From a virus, in the IMG/VR virus record IMGVR_UViG_3300008266_000002: a stretch of 64,000 bases of DNA; one strand, given 5' to 3'. Shown one piece after another: positions 48,697-58,898 of the stretch. The stretch's first letter is position 1, and every line of letters begins with the position of its first letter. The position numbers and the translations under genes are program-made. A model generated the notes under the pieces. The model had not been told where the DNA came from. It searched no databases and saw nothing but the letters and a program-made list of their open reading frames with translations.

Positions 48697-50067
48697 ATGG
48701 AAGTTCAAGATACATTACAATTTTACGGATCAGCTTTTCAAAATAAGGTTCTATGCTCTCTAATGAAAGATAGACCTTTCCTACAGCAAGTACATGATAT
48801 TATAGATCCAAAGTTCTTTTCATCAGAGTCAGCACAATGGTTAGCAAAAACCATTTTAACATACTTTGATCAATATAAATCACCACCCACTTTAGAAGTA
48901 TTAAAGGTGGAAACTGATAGAGTTGATATAGACCTATTGAAAACAACAATCGTTGAAAACATTAGAGAGGTTCTGAAGTATGCTGATTCAGAAGATGCTC
49001 AATATATTAAAGATAAAACTCTAGACTTTTGTAAAAACCAAAAGTTAAAAGCTGCTATCTTGAAATCTGTTGAGTTGCTCAAGTCTGGAAAATATGACGA
49101 GATCAAGTCTAATGTTGATGAGGCTATGAAAGCAGGAACAGATCGTAATATAGGTCACGAGTATATTGACGATGTTGCATTGCGATTTGTGGAGAACAAA
49201 CGTAATACCATAGAAACTCCTTGGGATGTTATCAATGAGATAATGGACGGAGGATTAGGTTCCGGAGAGATGGGTGTATTTGTTGCTCCTGCAGGTATCG
49301 GAAAATCTATGGCATTAGTCAACATAGCAGCATATGCAGCTAAGAAAGGACTAAACGTAGTGTACTATACTCTTGAACTTTCGGAAACTTACGTAGGTGC
49401 TCGTTTTGACTCTCACTACTCAGGTATTCCTTCTCAGGATTTGAAGTATCATCAGGAGGAAGTACTACAAGCGATTAAGGGAGTAAATGGTAAACTGATT
49501 ATCAAATACTACCCAACAAAGACTGCAACGGTCAATTCAATCGCAGCACACCTTGACAAATGTATAATGCAAGGCGTGAAACCAGATATCATTTTAGTTG
49601 ACTACGCTGACTTGCTAAGAGATACTGGTATAAAAGGTGCTGTCAGAAATGACATCATGCTTGGTAACATTTATGAGGAGTTAAGAGGCTTAGCGGGTAC
49701 TTACGGAGTTCCACTTTACACTGCATCACAAGCAAACAGATCAGCTTTAGAAGAGGATGTAATCGAAGCAGATAAGATTGCTGAATCGTATGCTAAAGTA
49801 ATGGTTGCAGACTTTGTAGTATCACTATCAAGAAAGACAGCTGATAAGTTGAGTGGTACTGGAAGATGGCACGTTATTAAAAATCGCTTTGGTCCAGATG
49901 GACTAACTTTTCCAAGCAAAATGAATATGGCAGCTGCAAAGATTGACATTTATGCTGAGAATACTGTTCTTGGTAAGGAAGCTAAAATCATGATGCAGAG
50001 TGAAGATGAAGTTGTAAGAAAAGCGTTAGCCAATAAATTTAATGAATTAAACACCTTATTTAAGTAA
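48697..50067 (+). CDS. Replicative DnaB/gp41-like helicase
   Basis: APAGIGKS, YTLELSE, VDYADL, TASQANR and KNRFG motifs. Confidence 0.92.
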   Translation: MEVQDTLQFYGSAFQNKVLCSLMKDRPFLQQVHDIIDPKFFSSESAQWLAKTILTYFDQYKSPPTLEVLKVETDRVDIDLLKTTIVENIREVLKYADSEDAQYIKDKTLDFCKNQKLKAAILKSVELLKSGKYDEIKSNVDEAMKAGTDRNIGHEYIDDVALRFVENKRNTIETPWDVINEIMDGGLGSGEMGVFVAPAGIGKSMALVNIAAYAAKKGLNVVYYTLELSETYVGARFDSHYSGIPSQDLKYHQEEVLQAIKGVNGKLIIKYYPTKTATVNSIAAHLDKCIMQGVKPDIILVDYADLLRDTGIKGAVRNDIMLGNIYEELRGLAGTYGVPLYTASQANRSALEEDVIEADKIAESYAKVMVADFVVSLSRKTADKLSGTGRWHVIKNRFGPDGLTFPSKMNMAAAKIDIYAENTVLGKEAKIMMQSEDEVVRKALANKFNELNTLFK

Positions 50068-50132
50068 AAAATCGTGTTATGTTAGATATTTATCTTTTTA
50101 ACAAACAATCCCAAAAACAAAATTTTTAATTT

Positions 50133-51992
50133 ATGATGACAATATCCAACGAGATCTTGAGTGAAATCACCGTCTTCATGAAGTACGCTAAGTACTTACC
50201 AGACTTACAGAGACGTGAGACATGGACGGAATTAGTTACAAGAAACAAAGAAATGCACCTCAAAAAGTATCCACAATTGGCAGAAGAGATTGAGGAGGTG
50301 TATAAAATGGTTTATGGTAAAAAAATATTACCTTCAATGCGTTCCATGCAATTTGCTGGAAAGCCTATTGAGGTAAGTCCAAACAGAATTTATAACTGTG
50401 CTTACATGCCGATTGATGATTATCGTGCATTTGGTGAGGCTATGTTTTTGCTTTTGGGAGGTACAGGTGTTGGTTACTCAGTACAGAAACACCATGTAGA
50501 CCAGTTACCAGAAATTCGTAAACCAAGTGCAAAACGCACAAAGAGGTTTTTAATTGCGGACTCTATTGAAGGATGGGCAGATGCAGTTAAGGCATTAATT
50601 AAAAGCTACTTCACTGGAACATCACGTATTGATTTTGACTTTAGTGACATACGTCCTAAAGGAGCACGTTTAGTTACTTCAGGTGGTAAAGCGCCAGGAG
50701 CACAGCCCTTAAAAGAGTGTTTAATTAAAGTACAGGGTATTCTAGATGCAAAGGAGGATGGTGACAAACTATCACCAATTGAAGTGCATGATATGGTTTG
50801 TCATATTGCAGATGCAGTATTGGCAGGTGGTATTCGTAGAGCAGCTTTGATCAGTTTATTTAGTGCTGATGATGATGAGATGATTTCTTGCAAGTCTGGA
50901 GCTTGGTGGGAAAATAATCCACAAAGAGGCAGAGCAAACAACTCAGCCGTATTGGTAAGACATAAGGTTACAAAAGAATTCTTCATGGATCTTTGGAAGC
51001 GTGTTGAGTTATCAGGAGCTGGTGAGCCAGGAATCTATTTAACGAATGATAAAGATTGGGGTACCAATCCATGTTGTGAGATTGCACTGAGACCATTCCA
51101 GTTCTGTAACTTATGTGAAGTAAATGTATCCGATATTGAATCACAAGATGATTTGAATGCTCGTGTGAAGGCTGCTGCATTTATTGGAACATTGCAAGCT
51201 GGTTATACAAACTTCCATTACTTGCGTGATGTATGGAGACGTACTACAGAAAAGGAAGCGTTAATTGGAGTATCAATGACTGGTATTGGATCAGGTACTG
51301 TGTTGGGTTATAACATGAAAGAGGCTGCAAGAATAGTAAAAGAAGAAAATATTCGTGTGGCTGAATTGATTGGTATTAATAAATCAGCTCGTACGACTAC
51401 AGTGAAGCCAGCTGGTACAACTTCTCTAGCTCTTGGTACATCTTCTGGAATACACGCATGGCACAATGATTATTATATCAGAAGAATAAGAGTAGGTAAA
51501 AACGAAGCTATTTATGATTACTTAGCTAACAACCATCCAGAGTTAATTGAAGATGAGTATTTTAGACCACATGATACTGCAGTGATTAGTATTCCACAAA
51601 AAGCACCAGAAGGAGCTATTTTAAGAACAGAGTCTCCATTCCAACTATTAGAGCGTATTAAAAAAGTGCATCTAGAGTGGGTTAAGCCAGGACATAGATC
51701 TGGAAGTAACACCCACAACGTGTCTGCTACAGTATCGTTGAAAGCAGAAGAGTGGGACTTAGCTGGTGAATGGATGTGGGAAAATAGAGATCATTATAAT
51801 GGACTATCGGTACTTCCTTACGATGGAGGTTCTTATATTCAAAGTCCATTTGAAGATTGTACAGAGGAGAAATACGAAGAGATGATGAAGTATTTGCATA
51901 ATATTGATTTATCTCAAGTGGTAGAGTTAGATGATGCTACAGACTTGAAAGGCGAATTAGCTTGTGCAGGTGGTGCATGTGAAATTAAATAA
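50133..51992 (+). CDS. nrdJ: Class II (adenosylcobalamin-dependent) ribonucleotide reductase
   Basis: TNPCCEI, TVKPAGT and C-terminal CAGGAC; no beta-subunit gene nearby. Confidence 0.88.
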   Translation: MMTISNEILSEITVFMKYAKYLPDLQRRETWTELVTRNKEMHLKKYPQLAEEIEEVYKMVYGKKILPSMRSMQFAGKPIEVSPNRIYNCAYMPIDDYRAFGEAMFLLLGGTGVGYSVQKHHVDQLPEIRKPSAKRTKRFLIADSIEGWADAVKALIKSYFTGTSRIDFDFSDIRPKGARLVTSGGKAPGAQPLKECLIKVQGILDAKEDGDKLSPIEVHDMVCHIADAVLAGGIRRAALISLFSADDDEMISCKSGAWWENNPQRGRANNSAVLVRHKVTKEFFMDLWKRVELSGAGEPGIYLTNDKDWGTNPCCEIALRPFQFCNLCEVNVSDIESQDDLNARVKAAAFIGTLQAGYTNFHYLRDVWRRTTEKEALIGVSMTGIGSGTVLGYNMKEAARIVKEENIRVAELIGINKSARTTTVKPAGTTSLALGTSSGIHAWHNDYYIRRIRVGKNEAIYDYLANNHPELIEDEYFRPHDTAVISIPQKAPEGAILRTESPFQLLERIKKVHLEWVKPGHRSGSNTHNVSATVSLKAEEWDLAGEWMWENRDHYNGLSVLPYDGGSYIQSPFEDCTEEKYEEMMKYLHNIDLSQVVELDDATDLKGELACAGGACEIK

Positions 51993-51994
51993 TA

Positions 51995-52195
51995 ATGGCT
52001 AAAAAGGATTGGATATATGATCAGTATGTGAAGGAGCTTGCAAAACCAAAGCTCCTTCCAACTGATTATTATTATAACGAAAACGGTCTAATGGTAATGA
52101 CCGAATCTTATCACCTACGTAGAGGTTATTGTTGTAGCAATAACTGCAAGCATTGCCCCTACAAAAATAAAACACAACAAAATGATATTAAATGA
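51995..52195 (+). CDS. Small Cys-rich protein (DUF5522-like)
   Basis: HLRRGYCCSNNCKHCPY. Confidence 0.7.
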   Translation: MAKKDWIYDQYVKELAKPKLLPTDYYYNENGLMVMTESYHLRRGYCCSNNCKHCPYKNKTQQNDIK

Positions 52196-52445
52196 AACAA
52201 AAGGGAGCTTAGTTGAACAGCTCCAACAAAAGTTTGGTATCGCTGTAACTGGCGAGTATGATCAAATGACAAGAGTGGCTATTATTGGTTGGCAGCTAGA
52301 AAGAGCCTTACCAGCGACTGGTGCTATTGATGAATCCATGTGGATTGAAATTTTTGGAAGTCTTCCACAAGTAGAACAAGAAGAAAAAGTTACAACTAAA
52401 AAATCTAGAAAAAATGATAGTGAGGTTCAAGAAACTGAGTCCTAA
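52182..52445 (+). CDS. Hypothetical protein
   Basis: 87-aa ORF overlapping both neighbours. Confidence 0.5.
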   Translation: MILNETKGSLVEQLQQKFGIAVTGEYDQMTRVAIIGWQLERALPATGAIDESMWIEIFGSLPQVEQEEKVTTKKSRKNDSEVQETES

Positions 52446-52842
52446 CGCAGTTACTCCAAGTTATGCAAAACCTGGTGATGCAGGATTGGATTTAACAGCT
52501 ATTTCAATGCAAGTTGTGGATCAAGGAGTTTATGGTTATGTTGAGTATGGTACTGGAATAGCTGTTGAAATTCCACAAGGTTATGTAGGATTAATATATC
52601 CAAGAAGTTCAATCAGTAACACAGGAATGATGTTGAGTAATAGTGTAGGTGTTGTTGATTCTGGTTATAGAGGTGAGATCAAGTTTCGATTCAAATGGGT
52701 TAATCATACAGCAATGTATAACCTTGGAGATCGTATTGGTCAAATGATTATAGTACCATATCCAACCATTCAACTTGAAGAAGTGCTTGAGTTAAGCTCT
52801 AGTGAAAGAGGCAATGGAGGATTCGGTTCTTCAGGATCGTAG
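52414..52842 (+). CDS. dut: Trimeric dUTPase
   Basis: All five motifs present: GDAGLDL, PRSS, GVVDSGYRGEI, RIGQ, RGNGGFGSSG. Confidence 0.95.
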   Translation: MIVRFKKLSPNAVTPSYAKPGDAGLDLTAISMQVVDQGVYGYVEYGTGIAVEIPQGYVGLIYPRSSISNTGMMLSNSVGVVDSGYRGEIKFRFKWVNHTAMYNLGDRIGQMIIVPYPTIQLEEVLELSSSERGNGGFGSSGS

Positions 52843-52868
52843 ACTATTTATATATAAAATATATAACA

Positions 52869-53414
52869 ATGCAATACCCTACCTCAAAAGTTCAAAATGT
52901 AGTGTCACAACCAGCTCAAACATTACTACCAAAAACATTACCAGATAATCTCGTGAGCATGCTTAATAGTGCTATTGGAGAAGAATACGCTGCTCATTAT
53001 TATTACAGACATGCATCAAACTGGTGTCAAGGAGTTGGATACACAAAGGCAGCAGCCTTCTTTGCATCTGAGGCATCTGCAGAATTAGAGCATGCTGAAG
53101 GAATACAAAAGTATTTAGTTGACTGGAATTGTACCCCAGCAATACCACCTATCAAGTTTTCTGGTGAATTTGCAAGTCTTATTGATGTTGTAAACAAAGC
53201 ATACGATCTTGAGTTTGACTTAGGTGAAAAGTATAACACAATGTCAGCTGAAATTTTCAACTTACACTTACCTACATTTGATTTCTTACAACATTATAGA
53301 ACAATTCAAACCGAATCAATAGCAGAGTTTTCAGACTTATTGAATGCTGCTCAGCTTATTGATCCATCAAACAAACTTGACTTACTCCATTATGAAGAGA
53401 GATACTTCGGTTAA
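52869..53414 (+). CDS. Ferritin-like protein
   Basis: EEYAAHYY, ELEHA, LE and Q..E ferroxidase-type pattern; TATTTATA at 52845. Confidence 0.85.
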   Translation: MQYPTSKVQNVVSQPAQTLLPKTLPDNLVSMLNSAIGEEYAAHYYYRHASNWCQGVGYTKAAAFFASEASAELEHAEGIQKYLVDWNCTPAIPPIKFSGEFASLIDVVNKAYDLEFDLGEKYNTMSAEIFNLHLPTFDFLQHYRTIQTESIAEFSDLLNAAQLIDPSNKLDLLHYEERYFG

Positions 53415-54711
53415 TAATAGCATAATTGATTTAGACTTGCATCTCAGTCGTCTTCCTCAAAAGGAGATTGTTACAGAGATCAAAAGACCAACACTACAAC
53501 CTGTCAATGTTGATTGGAATAATATCCTCACAGAATGGTCATATAGACTTCCAAAAGGGTATCCTACTATTGAAGATGGTAGAATAACGGACGAACAAGA
53601 GCTTGCAGTGCTTCGTGAAATCTTGCAGGAGTATGGAATAAAGGAAATCCCAGCTCTTATGATCAATGAAGTGAGGACTACCAAAAAAGCTCTAACGTTA
53701 GAAATATCCAAAGATGATCTAAAACAATTAATTGATAAACTTCCAGATGACTTTTCAGCAAATCAACTACAAAAACTTTATAATAGAATAAGTGCGTTTG
53801 GTACGTTTAAACCAATAAGAAAAGCATTGCAGGCAAAGGGTTTTAAGTCGGCCGTTGATAAATCTGGTAAGGTTAGGTTCGATATGCCAAAGGCAATTGC
53901 GAGTCAGCTACAACTCATGATTGAAGAACTTCCTACCGAGATGTATCAGGACTTCGTTGATTATATAACCACTGGCGATCAAGTTGTATTCCCAACAAAC
54001 CAAAGAACGGGCAATATTAATAATCTACTATCGGACACGGGAGTGGCGGAAGAAGTAACTGCTACCTTAGCAAGGTATACGGGACAGGATGAAGGAAAGA
54101 AGGGAGTCGGTATGGCTGAAATCATGTTAGCACTATCCTTTAAAAACATAAGAAAACCACCAGGAGCTGGTGATTTAGAAATCGACGATCGAAAGTTTGA
54201 AGTGAAGGGTTTCAGTGCCAGACTTGGAGGAACAGGTCCTTATTTATCCAAAGAAGGAATTGCAAAGCTCTCAGAATTGGGGATGACCTTACAATCTGAC
54301 GCTAAGCTCACGTATAAAGGAATCACTGATCGTACTCCCATAATAATGTCCATTGCTGGAAAGGACGATCCAAAAAAGATCAAAGAATTGTTTGCGTATT
54401 TGCTTACTCAAGTTGGTATCCCACAAAAGTTTGCAACCCACTCCGCGAATCTCGTAAGGGATTGGAATAAGCCATCCGAAATTAATACAGCGTGGGGTTT
54501 AGGAAATTTTATGACTTATGCAGAAAGGGATGACTTTAGTGCTTTCATAGCTGCCGATTATGGTACATCTGGTGCTAACAAGGGAAATTACGTATATGTT
54601 CAGGGAAGTCCAGAAGAAATGGCGACTCAATTGTTTGACGCTGAGGTGCCTTTTGAAGGTTTTAACTTCAAATCAAACACATATCCTCGAATAGTATACA
54701 AAAAACAATAA
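53392..54711 (+). CDS. PD-(D/E)xK restriction-endonuclease-like protein with ILTEWSYR..KGYP N-terminal module
   Basis: GMAEIML...GDLEIDDRKFEVKG; ATG 53392 preferred over 53344, start uncertain. Confidence 0.55.
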   Translation: MKRDTSVNNSIIDLDLHLSRLPQKEIVTEIKRPTLQPVNVDWNNILTEWSYRLPKGYPTIEDGRITDEQELAVLREILQEYGIKEIPALMINEVRTTKKALTLEISKDDLKQLIDKLPDDFSANQLQKLYNRISAFGTFKPIRKALQAKGFKSAVDKSGKVRFDMPKAIASQLQLMIEELPTEMYQDFVDYITTGDQVVFPTNQRTGNINNLLSDTGVAEEVTATLARYTGQDEGKKGVGMAEIMLALSFKNIRKPPGAGDLEIDDRKFEVKGFSARLGGTGPYLSKEGIAKLSELGMTLQSDAKLTYKGITDRTPIIMSIAGKDDPKKIKELFAYLLTQVGIPQKFATHSANLVRDWNKPSEINTAWGLGNFMTYAERDDFSAFIAADYGTSGANKGNYVYVQGSPEEMATQLFDAEVPFEGFNFKSNTYPRIVYKKQ

Positions 54712-54784
54712 AGGTTGTGTACTATACTTCAAAGGTGTATATTTATATATAAATTATATTATATATCATAAACAATAGCTAAGA

Positions 54785-55570
54785 ATGAAACTATCTCAAT
54801 TCAGACGCCTTATAAAGGAAGAAATTAAAAAAGTACTAAAAGAGGCTGCAAACCCCAAAGTAATAGCAGCTATTAATAAAAATAAAGCAGCACTCACAGC
54901 AGCTATTAAAAACCGATTAGCTAATGATTGGGATGAGGAGGCTTCTGACGCTGTAGAAGCTTTGCTGAAAAAAACAGCATTAGAAGCTGGCTTACCTAAA
55001 GCCTATGTCAACAAGTATCCTTGGATGGAGAACTATGCAGTACCTGATGAGAGTACTGTTGCAAAGGATCTTAGCAACTTACAAGGACATTTTGAAGATG
55101 CCCTTAATGATCCTGATATTATGACTGCTACGGCAAAATCGGGGTCTAATACACAACAGACTCGTGATGTGTATATGAAGGCAGCTAGTCAAGGCGTATA
55201 TCATCTTGGTCTAAGCTTCCAACCTGCAATTAAGAAGAGGGTAGAAGATGCTATAACTCGCGGATCTAATCTTAAGGAATGGTTAGATACTGAGTTCATT
55301 GTCGTAAAGGATGGACCAAAAACCTATGCAGTTTTTATGCCTGTAGGTAGGACAAATGATCCAGTTGGAGTTGTAGAACTTAGGAATAGCAAAATCGGGG
55401 CAGATGTAAATGACAACAGCATCAAAAGCAAGTTAGTTGCAAAAATAACACGAGCAGGACTTGGAGATTTTAATACAAGAAACAAATTGTTTAGCCTTCA
55501 GAATCCAGCAAAAACTGGAGAGGTACAAGTGCCAGATGCCTCTCAAATACAAAGCGAGCTTAGTCGATAA
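54785..55570 (+). CDS. Leader-tagged cassette protein 5 (MKLSQFRRLIKEEIKKVLKE)
   Basis: TATTTATA at 54740; CTTAGT-loop hairpin downstream. Confidence 0.7.
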   Translation: MKLSQFRRLIKEEIKKVLKEAANPKVIAAINKNKAALTAAIKNRLANDWDEEASDAVEALLKKTALEAGLPKAYVNKYPWMENYAVPDESTVAKDLSNLQGHFEDALNDPDIMTATAKSGSNTQQTRDVYMKAASQGVYHLGLSFQPAIKKRVEDAITRGSNLKEWLDTEFIVVKDGPKTYAVFMPVGRTNDPVGVVELRNSKIGADVNDNSIKSKLVAKITRAGLGDFNTRNKLFSLQNPAKTGEVQVPDASQIQSELSR

Positions 55571-55608
55571 GTGAATCAACACGTAAAAAAACGATAAAAA
55601 ATAAAAAG

Positions 55609-55655
55609 AAAACCAACCTTAGTGTTGGTTTTTTGTTTTAAAGGGTGTATCTTTA
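55609..55655 (+). terminator. CTTAGT-loop terminator overlapping a Bacteroidota-type promoter
   Basis: AAAACCAAC-CTTAGT-GTTGGTTTT; GTTG(55624)-N20-TATCTTTA(55648). Confidence 0.75.
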
Positions 55656-55680
55656 AGGTACACAAAAAACAAGTTACAAC

Positions 55681-56130
55681 ATGGGAAAATTTAATTGGTG
55701 GCATCGATTCAAAAAGAAAAAACCTCTATCTAAAAAAGATGCCTTTAGAGGTAAGTCCTTCCTATTACAACAAATCGAACACGGAGATTTTGACTTCAGT
55801 GATTATCGTAGACAGGCTCTATACGAGCTAGAACTATGTGAACAAGAAAAAACTAAAGTAAAGAGCACTTGGGTTGCTAGTGAATTATCTCTCAAAGAAA
55901 AGTTGGATGAGATTGATCGTAAGTACAACAAACGCTACAAGTTGTTGATGCAAGACTATGATGATGAGGAGACTCGATTACTATCTGAACTAAAAAGAAG
56001 ATTGGTGTCTGAGTTTGGTATTGATTGTTGGAACGAAGTCGTAGAGTTAGACCCAGAACAAAATCTCGAACAATTTTATCGCAACTATCAAAAGATGGCA
56101 CTTTCAATAAGAGAAATGTTGGAAGTGTGA
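55681..56130 (+). CDS. Hypothetical protein
   Basis: FNWWHRF...IEHGDF motif plus coiled coil. Confidence 0.6.
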   Translation: MGKFNWWHRFKKKKPLSKKDAFRGKSFLLQQIEHGDFDFSDYRRQALYELELCEQEKTKVKSTWVASELSLKEKLDEIDRKYNKRYKLLMQDYDDEETRLLSELKRRLVSEFGIDCWNEVVELDPEQNLEQFYRNYQKMALSIREMLEV

Positions 56131-56149
56131 TTTATTTTACCTATATTCA
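56118..56149 (+). promoter_or_regulatory. Bacteroidota-type promoter upstream of queD
   Basis: GTTG-N20-TATATTCA. Confidence 0.5.
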
Positions 56150-56167
56150 AAGAAAATTAATTTATTT

Positions 56168-56632
56168 ATGACTTATCAATCAACAAAACTATTTGACGGA
56201 TTTAGTACAGTGTTTCGTCAATGGGCTGCAGAAGGAACACACTGTAAGTATCTACACGGTTATGATGTAGAAATTAAAGTTACATTTGAGGGAGAACTTG
56301 ACCATCGTAATTGGGTATGGGACTTTGGAGGAATGAAAAGAGCAAAAGGTACAATCGATGGTATCAATCCTAAGACATGGTTTGATTACATGTTTGATCA
56401 TACTACTGTTATCGCTCCAGATGATCCTGAGTTACCAATCTTTGAAGAGCTGCACAGAAAAGGAGTAATACAACTTCGCATATTGGAAGGACCAGTAGGA
56501 GCAGAGAAGTTTGCAAAGTTTGTATATGACAAAGTAAACGCATTTGTGCAACAAGAAACAGATGGTCGTGTAAGAGTAGTAGAAGTAGAATTTTTTGAAA
56601 ACAAAAGAAATAGTGCAATTTATAAACCTTAA
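56168..56632 (+). CDS. queD: 6-carboxy-5,6,7,8-tetrahydropterin synthase
   Basis: HCKYLHGY, WVWDFG, FDHT, GAEKFA and E.FEN motifs. Confidence 0.9.
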   Translation: MTYQSTKLFDGFSTVFRQWAAEGTHCKYLHGYDVEIKVTFEGELDHRNWVWDFGGMKRAKGTIDGINPKTWFDYMFDHTTVIAPDDPELPIFEELHRKGVIQLRILEGPVGAEKFAKFVYDKVNAFVQQETDGRVRVVEVEFFENKRNSAIYKP

Positions 56633-56636
56633 TATT

Positions 56637-56855
56637 ATGGAACAACAAACATTTTCACTTTATGAGTATCTTGGACAGGCAGCTGGATCAACTCTAGGAA
56701 AGCAAGTATATGAAGCTGCAGTAACTAAAGGAGTGCAAGTAACAACCCACAATGTCAGTACAAGAACGTACTCAGGTAAAATTCTAAGATACCCTAAAGA
56801 ATTCTTAGATGAGTATTTCGCAAAATTATATGTCGATACAATGATGTATCGCTAA
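56637..56855 (+). CDS. Small conserved hypothetical protein
   Basis: SLYEYLGQAAG...YSGKILRYPKEFLDEYF; ATG 56637 preferred. Confidence 0.6.
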   Translation: MEQQTFSLYEYLGQAAGSTLGKQVYEAAVTKGVQVTTHNVSTRTYSGKILRYPKEFLDEYFAKLYVDTMMYR

Positions 56856-56877
56856 TTGATCAGTTTAATAATAAAAT

Positions 56878-57660
56878 ATGAAACCAGGTAGAATAACAGA
56901 TTATAATAAAAAACTTCCAATCGTTGAACTTTACTATTGTGTACAGAGTGAAGCTTCACGTGCAGGATATCCTACTGTAGCAATAAGAACCACAGGCTGT
57001 ACTCACAGATGTTGGTTCGGTGAAGGAGGATGGTGTGATAGTTGGTATACAAGTATCCATCCAGAGAAAGGAGGATTCACATTCAATGACATCGTAAAGA
57101 TGTATGATGATAGACCAGATGTAAAAGAGATGATGTTAACTGGTGGATCACCAACTATGCATGCTGACTTAGTAAATGAATTGACTCACTTCGCACATGA
57201 GAGAGGTATTATCATTACAATTGAAACGGAAGGTAGTCATTTTATTGAAACAGATTATCCAATTGATTTAATTTCACTATCACCTAAGTTTAGTAACTCT
57301 GTTCCTAAGTTAGGAGTGCTAACTCCAAAAGGTGTTGTGGTAGATCAGAAAATGATTGATCAACATAACAAGCTAAGACTTAATAAAGAGGCTATCAAGC
57401 AAACCTTAGCTTATCATAAAGACTACCATTACAAACCAGTATGCAATCCAGTAGAGATGCCTGAAGTATGGAACGAGATCGAAGAGTTTAGAATTGAGAT
57501 GGGTATTCCTAAAAACAAAACTTGGATAATGCCTCCAGGTGACAATCGTCAAGAGCTTATTAGAGTGTATCCAATGGTTATTGATTTTTGTACTGAGAAT
57601 GGTTATAATTTCACCGGTCGTGAGCATATCATCGCTTACGATACTAAAAGAGGAGTGTAA
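56878..57660 (+). CDS. queE: 7-carboxy-7-deazaguanine synthase (radical SAM)
   Basis: VQSE, RTTGCTHRCWFGEGGWCDS, LTGGSP, IETEG and SLSPK motifs. Confidence 0.9.
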   Translation: MKPGRITDYNKKLPIVELYYCVQSEASRAGYPTVAIRTTGCTHRCWFGEGGWCDSWYTSIHPEKGGFTFNDIVKMYDDRPDVKEMMLTGGSPTMHADLVNELTHFAHERGIIITIETEGSHFIETDYPIDLISLSPKFSNSVPKLGVLTPKGVVVDQKMIDQHNKLRLNKEAIKQTLAYHKDYHYKPVCNPVEMPEVWNEIEEFRIEMGIPKNKTWIMPPGDNRQELIRVYPMVIDFCTENGYNFTGREHIIAYDTKRGV

Positions 57661-57661
57661 T

Positions 57662-57838
57662 ATGCACGAAGTACTTCACATTATAGGTTTGTGTCCAGAT
57701 AGTATGGCACACTTTGATTTATTAGATTTAATTGTTGCAAACAATCCAATTATTGGGTATCTTAATGTTATTAACTTTCAAAATATAAAATACAATGTTA
57801 TTAAACGCTTATCAGGTAGAGGATCTACTACAAACTAA
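57662..57838 (+). CDS. Small hypothetical protein
   Basis: ATG right after the queE stop (MHEVLHIIGLCPDS...). Confidence 0.4.
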   Translation: MHEVLHIIGLCPDSMAHFDLLDLIVANNPIIGYLNVINFQNIKYNVIKRLSGRGSTTN

Positions 57839-58277
57839 TGGCAAAGGGGCAAAAGCTCAAGTAGGCTATGACCTAACACTTAAAGGAGTAAAAAAGATTA
57901 ATGGTGGGATGGTATTGAGTGACAAGACAGAGGTTGATCAATATACTGAAGTATCACCAATCGTATCAGGTACTGGAAAGTTTTTATACAAACTAGAGCC
58001 AGGAACTTATAGCTTAACTTTTGAACAAGGTGTTAAGTTAGATAATAATCATACTGCATTCATTAGACATCGCTCTAGTGTACTGCGTTGCGGTGGTATT
58101 ATTACAAGTGGAGTTTACGATCCGGGTTTTGAAGTGGATGAAATGGGTGGTGTATTAATTGCAACCCAAACTATATTAATTGAGAAAGGTGCCAGAGTAG
58201 CTCAGATCATTATTATGGAAAATAATCCAGCTGAATTATACGATGGTCAATGGCAAAAAGGTAAGGATTTAAAATAA
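57795..58277 (+). CDS. dCTP-deaminase/dUTPase-fold protein (second trimeric dUTPase-fold gene)
   Basis: GYDLTL, RSS, GVYDPGF, RVAQI and YDGQWQ motifs. Confidence 0.8.
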   Translation: MLLNAYQVEDLLQTNGKGAKAQVGYDLTLKGVKKINGGMVLSDKTEVDQYTEVSPIVSGTGKFLYKLEPGTYSLTFEQGVKLDNNHTAFIRHRSSVLRCGGIITSGVYDPGFEVDEMGGVLIATQTILIEKGARVAQIIIMENNPAELYDGQWQKGKDLK

Positions 58278-58339
58278 GAAAAGCGTTGGTTTCTAAAACA
58301 AAAGGGTGATATTTATATAGAAACAAATCACACTCAAAC

Positions 58340-58894
58340 ATGAAATTATCACAATTCAAAAAACTCATTAGAGAGGAGATTCAAAAAGTCCTTAGAGAAG
58401 GTCAAGAAACAACATTATCCCAACTGCAGGTTGGTGATAAGTTTAGTATTCTTGAGGATGCATTAGTAGTACCAGCCAACACAGGATATAGTAGTACTTA
58501 TAACCTATCCTATTCAAAGTACAAAGATTTAATCTTCGAAGTAGTTAAACTCAACCCAAAAACTATGGTATGCATACCATACAATAAGGATGGAAAGTAT
58601 CCAGATAATGTTGCAGAGAAACTTAACGATCCATATGGGACTTGGCATGTCGCTGGTAAAACACGACAAGATCTACAACCTCCAATATTGCCATCATCAG
58701 TAGTACTTAATACGGCGAATCTTAACATGTCAGACTCGGCTGTAGCAGATATTATCACAAAACAAAATGCATGGGAAAATGGAGAACGTCCAAAATATGA
58801 CTTTAAGGATAACTTTGAAGGACCAACTTACAATAAAATATTGTTAGTACAATTTGCACCCCACAAAAAAGATGCGCGAGTAATGACAAAATAA
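58340..58894 (+). CDS. Leader-tagged cassette protein 6 (MKLSQFKKLIREEIQKVLRE)
   Basis: TATTTATA at 58310; interrupts the deazaguanine cluster. Confidence 0.7.
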   Translation: MKLSQFKKLIREEIQKVLREGQETTLSQLQVGDKFSILEDALVVPANTGYSSTYNLSYSKYKDLIFEVVKLNPKTMVCIPYNKDGKYPDNVAEKLNDPYGTWHVAGKTRQDLQPPILPSSVVLNTANLNMSDSAVADIITKQNAWENGERPKYDFKDNFEGPTYNKILLVQFAPHKKDARVMTK

Positions 58895-58898
58895 AAAG

